From assembly GCA_951406725.2 (NCBI GenBank), contig OX597814.1:60946001-61010000 (forward strand): a DNA stretch of 64,000 bases. Direction: 5' to 3'. The stretch is from Octopus vulgaris (taxonomy: Eukaryota). Position 1 is the first letter of the stretch; every line of letters begins with the position of its first letter. Below, in pieces: positions 50,243 through 62,085 of the stretch. The position numbers and the translations under genes were made by a program. Below the pieces are notes generated by a model. That model was not told where the DNA came from. It saw only the letters and a list, made by a program, of their open reading frames with translations, and did not search any database.

Positions 50243-50931
50243 CCCCCGCAAGCCGGGACAAGGCACCTGAAGACATATGCTTCTGAGTGTATTGCTCATC
50301 GTCAGTCCAGGGTAGCCTGCCTCGCTCGCTGAGATGACCACAACCTCTCTGCAAATATATCATATTATCAGTAAAATTTATGAGCAATACACTCAGAAAC
50401 ATATGTCTTCAGGTGCCTTGTCCCAGCTTGCGGGGGTGATTGCCTCCCCTTTGCAAATATAAGGACACAGAAAGTGTGTCAAAGCCAACAGGAGACGTCG
50501 ATGTTTCCTAGGGCTAAATGGTGGTGGTGTAATTCCCTTACGGGACTGTCACATTGAGTTGACAGTATACGACCACTATATCACTCCACCACCGCTTATG
50601 TCTCTCTGAGACATTTAGAAATTCAATATTTCTAATTTCGGTGATCAGTAAATAAATTTTACTGATAATATGATATATTTGCAGAGAGGTTGCAGTCATC
50701 TCAGTGAGCGAGGCAGGCTACCCTGAACTGACGATGAGCAATACACTCAGAAACATATGTCTTCAGGTGCCTTGTTCCAGCTTGCGGGAGTGATTGCTTC
50801 CTCTTTGCAAATATAAGGACACACAAAATGTGTTAAAACCGACAGGAGACAGCGATGTTTCCTAGGGCTAAATGGCGGTGGTGTAATTCCCTTACGGGAC
50901 TGTCACATTGAGTTGACAGTATACGACCACT
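50242..50931. mobile_element. Penelope-like element terminal repeats (inverted plus direct pLTR arrangement)
   Basis: 50242-50380 is the reverse complement of ~50652-50790, and 50380-50580 is a direct repeat of ~50734-50931. It is flanked by (TA)n and contains hammerhead motifs. Confidence 0.8.
50722..50767 (+). ncRNA. Minimal type I hammerhead ribozyme
   Basis: Stem I CCTGAA/TTCAGG, core CTGACGA, stem II TGAG-caataca-CTCA, GAAA, palindromic stem III A-CATATG-T, and cleavage triplet GTC (cut after 50761). Confidence 0.82.
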
Positions 50932-50944
50932 ATATATATATATA

Positions 50945-52202
50945 TCAGGTCGTTAAGAATGAAATATCCAATTTTCAACTGAAAGTTTATTTTACTTTAT
51001 CTCAACAAAAAGCAATGCAATTAATCAAATTATCAACACAATTTTGCCATTTTATCGGTAGCTTATTTATGCTGGCAGAGAAGAACTCTGGCGGGCAAGA
51101 GGTGATGAAATCACGAAAGGCTGTTTTTGCATCTTCTTCAGATTTGAAGTCTTTTCTTGCAAGAAGTTGTCTCATGCCTGCAAACCATGATAGTCAGTTA
51201 GTGCAAGGTCTGATGAATATGGTGGATGACTGAGTACTTCCAACTTCAGTTCCTGTAACTTGAGTAGTGTTCTTTGTGCAACATGTGGTCAAGCATTGTC
51301 TTGCAAGAGAACTGGCCTGTCTCTATTGACCAATCGCAGTTGTTTAATTGCAAGTTCACTCATTAGTTCATCCAATTGGTTAATGTATACATCCGCTGTA
51401 ATTGACTTACCAGGTCTCATGGAGCTGTAGTGGATGACACTAGCGCTGGACCACCAAACAGACATCATTAGCTTTTATTGGTGAATATTCTTTTTTGGAT
51501 TGTGTTTTGGCACTTCATCTCTATCCAATCACTGTGCAGAACGCTTGCTGTTGTTGAAAAGAATCCATTTTGCATCACATGTAACAACATGATGCAAAAA
51601 TGGTTCGCTTTTATCCCATAACAGCAAAGAACAGCAAGTTTCAAGATGACATGTCATTTGATGCTCATTCAGTTCTTGTGGTACCCACTTGTCCAGCTTC
51701 TTTATCCTGCTGATTTGTTTCAGATGATCCAATACAGTTGGAATTGAAACATCAAACCTTGCTGCTAACTCACGCATAGTTTGAGATGTATCCGCTTCCA
51801 ATACAGTTTCCAGCCCATCATTATCCACCTTGGTCTCTGGTCTACCATGGGGCTGATTTTCAAGAGTAAAGTTACCAGACAGGAACTTCTCAAACCATCG
51901 ACATACAGTGCACTTATTCGCCAAACACCTCATTGATGTTTCGAGCTGTCTGGGATGCATTGGTTCCATGACAGAACTCATATTCATAAACAACACAAAT
52001 TTTTTATCTATCCATGGGTTCACAAAAATTGACTTACAAGAGAAAACTCAATATAATCAGACACCATGGATTGCATTTCAAAATGTGAAGATGTAATTCT
52101 TCAGTGTTGTAAAACAAAGAATTGTCAGGGTAAAACACTAGAGTTAATGACTGTCAAACTTGGTGCATAAAAAAATCGGACATTTCATTCTTAATGACCT
52201 GA
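50945..52202 (-). mobile_element. Full-length decayed mariner transposon (~1.26 kb)
   Basis: The ~30-bp TIRs tcaggtcgttaagaatgaaatatccaatttt / aaaatcggacatttcattcttaatgacctga are flanked by TA. Transposase remnants include TVCRWFEKF..G, GRP, WVPQEL and VTCDAKWI, with stops and frameshifts. Confidence 0.92.
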
Positions 52203-54865
52203 TATATGTGTGTGTGTGTGTGTATGAGAGAGAGAGAAACAGAAAGAGAAATACATGTGTTTGTGTTGCTATGTGTTTATGTATATGATGTATGCATGGT
52301 TTTGTTATCACTGTATTCCATATTGGTTATCTATGTTTTTTTTATTTTCAAACTTCTGTTAAATCCTGTGCTCATGTGTGTGTTTTTGTTGTTGTTGGTG
52401 GTGGTGCTGGCACTACCAGTGTTGGTGTTGGTGGACATGGACATGTTGGTGGGAAGTGGGAAAGGTGGTAGGTGAAAGAGTCTTTCTTTAAATTTAAACT
52501 GGCAGAATTAATTCTCAATTTATGATCTCTTGAATTTGATTGACTTCTCCAACTCAAAAGAATTATTTTCTTTCTTTTCCTTTTCTTTTTCTTTTCCTTT
52601 GTGTGTGTGTGTGTGCGCACACGTTTATGTGTGTGTGTGTGTTTGTGCGTCTCTGTGTGTATGTATTTGTGTGTCTTCTCTTGTTTTCCAGCTTTGGTTT
52701 GTATTTGTTAACAAGAGTTTGTGCTGCTGCTGTGAGACGAAGAGATAATTCTTTCATGCCATCCCTCATTAAAGCTACTTCAGAGTCAGATTCAGACACT
52801 AAAGTGACTTTAGATCTAACTGTTACCATTCTGTCATCTTTTTTTTAAAGCAACACTGTGCTTTCAGGTTAAGATAAAAATCAAAAAAAGGAAATAAAAG
52901 AAATAAAAATTCAAGAAAAAGGACTGAATATTGCTGCAACAAAACATTTGTTTATTTATGAGTTTGTTTTGTTCTTGTGGCCATTTATATGTTCTATTTT
53001 TATTTTATTCTTGCTTTTGTCCTCTAGAAATAAAAGAAAGCTTACAAAAAAATTGTACAACAAATCGTAAAATACAAAGATAATAATTTCTGTCACTCTT
53101 CACTGCATTTCCATTCTTCTGTGATTTCTCATTTAACATTAGTTTTATACATAGAAAGCAAGTGTGTGTGTGTATACAATAAAAAGCACAACAATACATA
53201 TATACATTTACCCAATTGTACATACACACACATGCTTATAATAATGCATACAATACCTAGAACATGTATACATACACATGTCAACATCATCATCATCATA
53301 TAGCATCCATTTTGCATACTAGCATGGGTAAGACAGTTTGGCTGGTCTGGTAAACTGGAGGGCTGCACTGGGCTCCAGTCTGTTTTGGCTTAGTTTCCTT
53401 CCTAATGTCAACCACTCTATAGAGTGTACTAGGTGCCTTTCATGCCCCACCAACAAAGCACAGCAAATTGCCAAAGGTTTTGGTCACTTGTCATTGCTTC
53501 ATGTGACTCAACATCCAAAGATCACATTTCACCATCTCATCCTATGTCTTCCTGGGTCTACCTCTTCCACAGGTTCCCTCCAAGTTAGATTATTTAATAT
53601 CCGTGTTCCATGCTAGCATGGGTTTGGCAGTTTGACAAGAGTCCAATGAGTGAAGGACTGCATCATACTCCAGTGTCTACTTGGGCATGGTTTCTAATGG
53701 TTGGATGCCCTTCTTTATGCCAACCACTTCACAGTGTCTACTGTGTGGCTTTTGTTTTGCCACCAGCACTAGGTCACCATGTAACTCACAAGTCTACAAA
53801 CTCAAGGAGGGAGGATGTTGCCTCCATGCATTAGCTGAAAGTTAAGATATGAGGGAAGAGGTTGGGGTAGAGCAGGTTCTTGTTTTAGAGCAGCTATGTG
53901 TCTACTCACATTTTGGGGGAGAGAGTAAGAATGAATATGCATATACAGACATACAAGTCTACACACACATATTCCTACAAGGAGTACAAGCATGGCTGTG
54001 TAGTTAAGTTTACTTTGTAAACACATGGTTTTGAGATCAATCACTCTGCATGGCACCTTGCGTAACTTATTTTCTACTATAGCTACAGATTGACTAATAC
54101 ATTATATTAGTATCATTTGGCTGTCAGAAATTGTGTGGAAGCTGTCATTTGTATGTATATCATGCAATATGTATACCAGGTATGGCTGTGTGACTAGAAA
54201 GTTGGAACAAATATAACAAGTGTTCTATTTAAGGCTATAACAATTCTACCAACTCACTACCTTATACAAGACCAGGTGGATAGGCAATAAGAAGCCATCC
54301 AGCATTGTCTTTCACTAACCCTTAAACATCATAGTATCTGGTATGCATGACCTATAGCTTCTAGTTGTCTAATTGTCTGTGTTTAGATTTGCTCTCATAA
54401 AGCTGGCCTAAGCACATGAACTATAGCAGAAACAAAGGAGCCTCTATCCTTATTACTTGAATTGATAAAATAGTTGGTAAATCTTTCTCAAATCGTAACC
54501 TATTGTCTTTAATAAATTGGACAATGTGGTCCCTGACATACAGTTTGATATACATAATTTGGAGATATCCTTCCACCCTTCTTAGAAAACTCAACTCCTA
54601 ATGGATTCATAAGGGTGCTGTCCTGACACGCAATATGTCTTTAGTTCTTTAAACCTGGTGGAACCTATCCCTCTCCATGTTTGAACACTGCCAGTTTCTT
54701 CCTGGGAGAGTGGGAAAAAAAGTGCTAGCCCCAATACTGAACACGTACTTTATTCATTAACTTCTGAAAAGATGAAAGGTAAAGTTGATCTTGATAGGAT
54801 TTGAACTCAGAACACAGAGAACTTGAATGAATATATACAACTTATTCTAGAATCCACCAACATTA

Positions 54866-55049
54866 CCGTATTTTCTGGCATTGCAAGTTGAAGATTTCAA
54901 ACTAAAATTTACAGCCAAAAAAGTAGGTCAACTTACACAGCAAGACAACTTTGCAGGACCAAAAATTCTATGTGAAATACTACAGGATTTGGAAACATAG
55001 TAGCAATGTCTGTATTAAACTATGTTGACTTGTATGCCAGAAAATACAG
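54866..55049. mobile_element. pogo/Tigger-like MITE
   Basis: The termini TA|ccgtattttctggcat and atgccagaaaatacag|TA are inverted repeats with a TA target. The interior has repeated caactt/ttgact motifs. Confidence 0.7.
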
Positions 55050-57379
55050 TATTTAAATATACGCCTGTCTCTCAAATTGTTCATAAGAGACACATGTTTC
55101 TTTTATCTGTACATACTTTTTCTAAGTGTGGCTTAGTGGTTAGGGTATTTGGGTCATGAGTTCAATTCCCAGCAACATGTTCTGTCCTTGAGCAAGACAC
55201 TTTATTTCATATTGTTCCAGACAATGCAGCTAGCAAAAATGAATTGTACCTGTATTTCAAAGGGCCAGCGTTGTCACATTCTGTGTCATGCTAAATCTCT
55301 CTGAGAATTACATTAACAGTACACATGTCTGCAGAGTGCTCGAGTACTTTTGCGTTAATTTCACAAGCAAGCTATTTTGTTGATCGAATCAACTGGAACC
55401 CTCGTTGTCGTAGCCAGTTACTTTTTCTTTTTATCTGTATTATTTTGCCCAGTTTAACATGAATGTTTGGTTCCTTTGAGTACTTTTAGTAGAGTTCACT
55501 CTGTTGGAAGGTAGTCAAGCCAGATTTCTGTTTTCAGGATAACTACATCCAACCAGTGTCAGAAGCCCTAAAAAGAGATATCAGAGCTTCTCTTTTCTCA
55601 GCACTTAAAGAAACTTCTAAAAAAAAAAAGACACACTCACATATAATAAGTCATTTTCAGAATGATCACACCAGCAAAATCTTTTCCATTTCATGAGGTG
55701 AAATTCAACCAAGAATTAATTATCACTGTTGCCATTATTTAATATCTCAGGTCAGCCTTGATCAAGCAGACCTATGACCAAAGGTGTTCCAGGTATTGCT
55801 GTCTTGTTTTCAGATACAAGGTATCTTAGACTGCATTATTCAATGTACATTTGCTTGTTTAAGGTGGTTAAAGTGAGATTTGATAGAGTTAGAGATTTGA
55901 TTGCTATTTCTAGTAAGCCAAGTGACCATGTAGAGGTTCCTCATTGACACATCCTGGACTTAGCTGGACGAGGTGGGGTGGAATGTCTTGACTAAGAAAG
56001 CAGTAGATAACTTACTAGTAACTGCCTAAACCAGTTCAATGAAGCAGCATAAATCTATCAGAATGAGAACATTTCTCAAGATTAATTATAACTGACAGAA
56101 TATGACAGCTTTCACTCCCTATCAAATGTAATACAACTTTATATGTCTTGTAAGAATTGAATAAGAGATTTAGTAAGTATGAGAGAATGTGTGGGAAACA
56201 GAAGATGAAATTTCATTTGATTCAATATCGTGCAAAGTAGAAAGAATTCTTAAGGAAATATACAGCCTCTGCTGTTGTTGTCTAAGCTCCAGTGCAGTTG
56301 TAATCAAGCAGATCTATGATCTAAGCTATTCCAGCTTTAGCTATTAAGTCTTTTATTTTTTCTTCCAGTATCTAGGGCTACATTATCAACTATGTCCTTC
56401 TTTTTGTAGTATTATTTGAGAGAGATTTTGGCTAGTATTTGTATTATATTGAATGATTTCATAGTGGTTCTCTCAATTGCCTTTTCATCATTGTCCTTTA
56501 ATGTCCCATTTTCCATGCTGGCATAGGTTGAACAGTTGGACAGTTGCACCAGGTTCCAGTCTGATTTGGCTTGGTTTCAATGGCTGGATGTCCTTCCTAA
56601 TACTAGCCACTTTACAGTGTGTTGGGTGTTTTTAACATGGCACCAGCTTATGTAGCCACTTTTTTTCTTTTTTCTACTTAGTGGCATTTCTTCCAGCTTT
56701 ACATTCTGAGTTCAAATTCCACCAAGGTTGACTTTACTTTTCATTCTCTCAAGATCAATAGAAGTACCAGTTGAATACTGGGGTTGCTGTAATAGACATA
56801 CCCTCATCACCACAGCCCATCCTCAAAAAAATTCAGACCTTTTGTCTATAGTAGAAAGAGTTATTTATTTGGTCTGAAGAAAAAATCGTGCCAATGACAT
56901 TCACAAACCAATGAGACTAATGCAGCTACCATTTCTCTTGAACAGTTGCAAATCAACAACACCATAAAAAAACACAGGTATGACTGTGTGGTAAGAAGCT
57001 TGTTTCTCAATCATGTGGTTCTGGGTTCAGTCCCACTGTGTGGCACCTTGGGCAAGTGTCTTTTACTATAGCCTAAGGCAGGCCAAAGCCTTGTGAGTGG
57101 ATTTGGTTGACAGGACCTGAAAGAAGCCCATCGTGTGTGTAGTTGTATATACTTGTGTGTTTGAGTCTGTGTTTGTCCCCCACCATCACTTAACAACCAA
57201 TGTTGGTATGTTTTCTTCCCTGTAACTTAGCAGTTTGGCAAGAGAGACTGATAGAATAAGTGCTAGGCTTACAAAGTCCTGGGGTTGATTGTTCGACTAA
57301 AACCCCTTGTGCTCCAGCATGGCCACAATGAAATGACTAAAACAAGGAAAAGAATAAAAGTAAAAGAATGCAAGGTGGA

Positions 57380-57720
57380 GGAGAGGGATTTCCAAAAGGT
57401 TGATGTTCTTTGGCGGAAGAACTAACTGTGTAGTGGTCAGTCGAGTATTGGTAATGTCAGTTGAACTTGGTGAGGCAGTATGGATAACAAGAGGAGGAGA
57501 GACAAGAGAGATGGTATGTATCCAGCTAGTTCAGAAGAGTAGATGCTATTGTAGTAAAGAACAGATTGAAAAGACAGCAGTTACATGGGATAAATGTTGC
57601 AATGTGTTGGTGAGTCTTTATACATTCAATCTGTCCTAAATGTAAGAGCGGTATTCTGTTGTAAGTTTTATTTGAGCTTTGTAAAGAGCTGGAGTATATG
57701 GCTATCAGAGTTAGTTTCAG
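57380..57720 (-). mobile_element. Decayed CR1-group LINE fragment
   Basis: The minus strand translates ALYKAQIKLTTEYRSYI*, the same motif as at 61840-61890. Confidence 0.55.
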
Positions 57721-58338
57721 CTATTGCATGAATTAAATTGGTTTACTTAGTTGAATAATTTTTCATCACAACTACTGCTAATTATTAAATTACATATTGG
57801 TCCCTGTGGAAAATCCATACATGACAACTATTTAGTTATGTTGTTAATTACGTATGGCAAAGTGTATTGAAAAGGATAGTTGAATAAAGTACATGTTCTT
57901 CTTTATCATTTAATAAATAATAAAATATATGCATAAAAAATATATCATTAGCATCATTTTACGTCTGCTTTCCATACTGGCGTGGCTTGGACTTTTTGAT
58001 AGAATCTAGAGGTTGAAGGCCCATGTCTTGCTCCAGTGTCTCAGTTTTGACATGGTTTGCCTTCCTAGTGCCAGCTTCTTTACAGAGTATATTGGGCGTT
58101 TTTATCATGGCACCAGCTCTTGAGATATTGCCTTGTAACTCACTAAACTATGTCTATATTCATATCTGCAGTCTATACATGTATGCATGTGAATGAACAA
58201 GCAAAAAATGTGGCACTCGGCACATTTGTTAGGAATTACATATATTATATAACTACAGTTAAATGATAACGGTTATCTAACTCTCAAGAGCTATATTCAT
58301 TTTTACAAGCTCACAAAGTTGCATGGAGCTTATTGAGC

Positions 58339-58389
<51 letters not shown>

Positions 58390-58481
58390 ATATAATTGAG
58401 GTTCAGTTGAATTAAGTACTTAAGTTGAAGCACCAAGTCAGTCTGGTATTATCTGCACACCTCAAAGTAAGGGGAATATGT

Positions 58482-58522
<41 letters not shown>

Positions 58523-58596
58523 TAGATAAACTTACCTAGAAATGGATGTGTGGTGTTCAATCCAATAATAATATAAATGATATATATATACATATG

Positions 58597-58633
<37 letters not shown>

Positions 58634-59241
58634 TCTTAGGGAATAATAAGTATTCCAGGTTATCAGGACATTTACTATTTTACACTTTACTAATGTGCAA
58701 TGTAAACAGTATCATTTATAATATTATTACAAACTTGGGATTTTTACGGATAGATTTATGTTATTCCCTTAATACTTAGCGCATGACAGATGGAGTGGCC
58801 ATTTACACATGAATGAGGAGTAAACATGTCGATAAGTATTCTTCCTCTGTTAAACTTTTTTACTAGTTTCATTCAATACTTATAACGTATATAGTGATTT
58901 TTACTAAGTAATCTTTTTAAACACTATTAACTTACATTTGACATTAAAAAATGGTAATATTTACTTCTATAGATAGGGATAAATCTTACACTAAATTATT
59001 AAATCCTGTAGGATTTGATGAGTTTATAATATAGTCGTTGAGGATTTCCTTAGGTTTAGCATTTTCTATATATATTAGAATTGTAATTTAGATGTTTAAT
59101 TTTTTTTAAATGTTTTTAAAATATATTTGTACTTGATATATTTTTATTACATTTTTATTCTTATTCTTATTTTTCTATTTAATATGACTTCTAATATGTA
59201 TTTTTAACTTTGACCCATTAATGATAATAACAATAAGATAA

Positions 59242-59328
59242 ATAGCCTGAGGATGCACTGGTGGATTTATGCATTAGGTATAGCCTTGATATACACTCCA
59301 CCAGTGCAGAAACACATAGCGTTGATTA
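59242..59328 (+). ncRNA. Degenerate hammerhead ribozyme with a long stem II
   Basis: CTGAGGA is followed by a perfect 12-bp stem TGCACTGGTGGA/TCCACCAGTGCA, then GAAA and CAC-ata-GCG-TT. Stems I and III have mismatches. Confidence 0.55.
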
Positions 59329-59490
59329 GAAATAACTTCTTCCCCACAGACTAATAAGAGGTAAGTTACATATATGTTTTTCATCTACTTTTATTGTATT
59401 TTGTAGTAGGTTTGTTTAACTGCTTATATTGTTTTATTGAATATAACTTTCTATGTGTATCCCATACAATAAGATGATCCTGAAATAGGA

Positions 59491-59523
<33 letters not shown>

Positions 59524-59643
59524 AAAAGTTCAGGATTCAAGTGGATCAGGTACCTAAATAGTAAGACACCAAGCCAAGGAATAATTAAGAGACACATAAT
59601 GTTGGTTCTTGAAATGTTTTTTTAAAATGTTTAATTCGTGTAT

Positions 59644-59733
59644 ATTCACCTGATGAAAACAAATTTATTCCTCATGATATAATAACTCTGTTCTTCGATA
59701 AAAAAAATCTCGTTTGAAACAGCTGTAGTGAAT
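59644..59733 (+). ncRNA. Type I hammerhead ribozyme with palindromic stem III and an extended loop II
   Basis: Stem I ATTCAC/GTGAAT, core CTGATGA, stem II AAAC...GTTT enclosing ~50 nt, GAAA, A-CAGCTG-T, and cleavage triplet GTA (cut after 59727). Confidence 0.75.
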
Positions 59734-61227
59734 GAACTAATATCTGTCTGTTGTTAGTTGTTTTTGTATGTATGTATACACACATAACTATATACATATA
59801 TATATACACATGTATATATGTGGCTGTGTAGTTAAGAAGCTTGCTTACCAACCTTGTAGTTTAAAGCTCAGTCCCTTTGAACCTTGGACAAGTATCTTCT
59901 ACTAGATCCCTGGGCTAAACAAAGTCTTGTGAATGATTTTGGTCAAGGGAAACTGGAAAAGAAATTCATCACGTGTTTGCATGTGTGTGTGTGTGTGCCC
60001 GCATGTGCTTGATTCATTTGTGCTTCTCCAAAAAACTTGTTCAGCTATGAGCCATGAGATTGCTCTCAGTTCCCCCTTGTCAGTGGCTGACCACTACCTT
60101 TGCACTGCCAAAGAAATGTGGAATAAAACATCCCTTGCTTGAAATAAAGAAGCTAAGAGACAGCAACAAAAGTCATCTACCTTTAAAACAATACCTCTAT
60201 AATATATTCACATAACGCATGTCAGCTGGATATGACCTGTGTATGGAAAACAGATATAAAATATGAACATATTTCCAATTCATACAAGGGCAGTTAAATT
60301 CATTTTCAGTCATTATTCAGCTAACTAGACAACTTGTTAGCATTTCCATGAAATTCAGTTATAATGAATGTACCATAGCTCAGCTAACTAGATGTCAGCA
60401 TTTCCAGAAATACAGACATATTGAAAGTACCATTGCAGCTAATTGCCTTTGATGTGCATGTCAGATGGATGGACAAATACAGATGGAGTCACACAGCTAA
60501 TTAGTGGATTATTAAATGCTTCCAATTATATTTTGGAGGGTGAGGTTCACAAATAGTGGCGTTACAATTTCTAAACTTAAGGCCTTGCGGTAAGTAGTCC
60601 ATTTCTTTAGGTTCATGAAGTGTCATTCCTCATATATCCTAACCACTGTGCTATTGCAAGTTCTCATTTTTCTGTCTAAAGGAAACCTTGTTTAGTGGAG
60701 TAAATTATCATTTTCTCTTTTTGTTTTGTTTTATTTTGTTTTGTTTGATCATGTGGTACAAGATATTGTTTAAGAGGCAGGCTATGAACACTGAACTCTG
60801 AGTTTATAACAAACTGTTTTTAACTATCAGCCACCAGCTCTCCACATCTCATCCAATGACAATAGAAATGTAAGCCTATGATTATTGCTGCTGGGAGGCA
60901 TTGTTGGGAAGATGACACATTTGAATAAATATTGAGATAGCTAGATAGATAAAGAAAGTGAGAGAGTGAGAGGGAGAGAAAGACATGCTAGCCGTGTTAG
61001 ATAACAAATAAACACAAAGAAAAGGTCTTCTCTTTTTCTAGAATAATTTTTCACAATTCTTCTGGCTGTCTTATGATACACAGCTCCATTTTCCTGCTGT
61101 CAACTTTTGTGTTCTTTCTTCCATTTGTTCTTTAATCTATCTTATCACAGCTTCCTGTTTCCCATTTATGAAATTATCCAATCACATCACCCCTGCTCGA
61201 CAGAGCCTCCACCACACAATCACTGCT

Positions 61228-61289
<62 letters not shown>

Positions 61290-61739
61290 ATCTATCTATC
61301 TATCTGTATCTCTCTCTCTCCTATCTCCCTCTTTTTCTCTTTTTCATCTTCAGATGCACAAAGCTGTGTGTGTGTGTGTGTGTGGTGAAGTGTGTTCGAG
61401 TCTCCATCCTTCACTATCTCTAAATATGTACATTTTTGTATGTACGTGCTCTCTCAGCTATTTAACTGACAGTATTTCTTTATAACAACAACACTGACAA
61501 TAAAAGAAACAGCAGCAATTGTATTGAATCCATGGAAACTAAAACCCGCCCAGAAGAAAGACCATGGATACCAGAATTACTGTTCATAGATAAAAAGAAA
61601 AATATCAGAAATAATAAGACTGTTTAATGAAGTAATTCAACAAATTTTACAAGACATTGACAATGCGGCTTGATATATCTGAGCTAATTTCCTTACCACA
61701 GTGTTACATATGGACATCATCATCATTGTTATCATCAAC

Positions 61740-62085
61740 ATAGTCAGAGAGAGTCTTCTAGACTTGTTCATTGTAGAGGAGTCAGATTAAGAGCTGATCT
61801 TCACATGGTAATTCTCTTTAGGGCCTCCCAGTAATTGCCAAGCTCAAGTGAGACCCAAAATAGAGTATTGCCCTCACATCTGGGATGGTGCTGCTCTCAG
61901 ACATCTGAGGTTGCTTTCAGAAAAGAGTTACCCATATGATTGGCACTGAATCATTCAGAGACAGGCTCCAGTCCTTGGCCCTCAGATACACTGTCTCTTT
62001 TCACTGCTTTTTTCAGTCGTCTCTGCCCTTTATACATTGCTGGCACATGCTACCTCCTCTCAAAAATTAGCATCCTATTCATCTC
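61740..62085 (+). mobile_element. Decayed CR1-group LINE fragment
   Basis: It translates AQVRPKIEYCPHIWDGAA, the post-RT motif of CR1/L2-group ORF2. Confidence 0.65.

Noticed and set aside
52540-52850. Protein-like ORFs on both strands (MVTVRSKVTLVSESDSEVALMR... on minus, LWFVFVNKSLCCCCETKR* after an acceptor on plus)
   Set aside because: I recognise no homology, the minus frame runs into a (CA)n tract without a good donor, and neither frame matches MLH1 exon 2. It cannot be supported without expression data.
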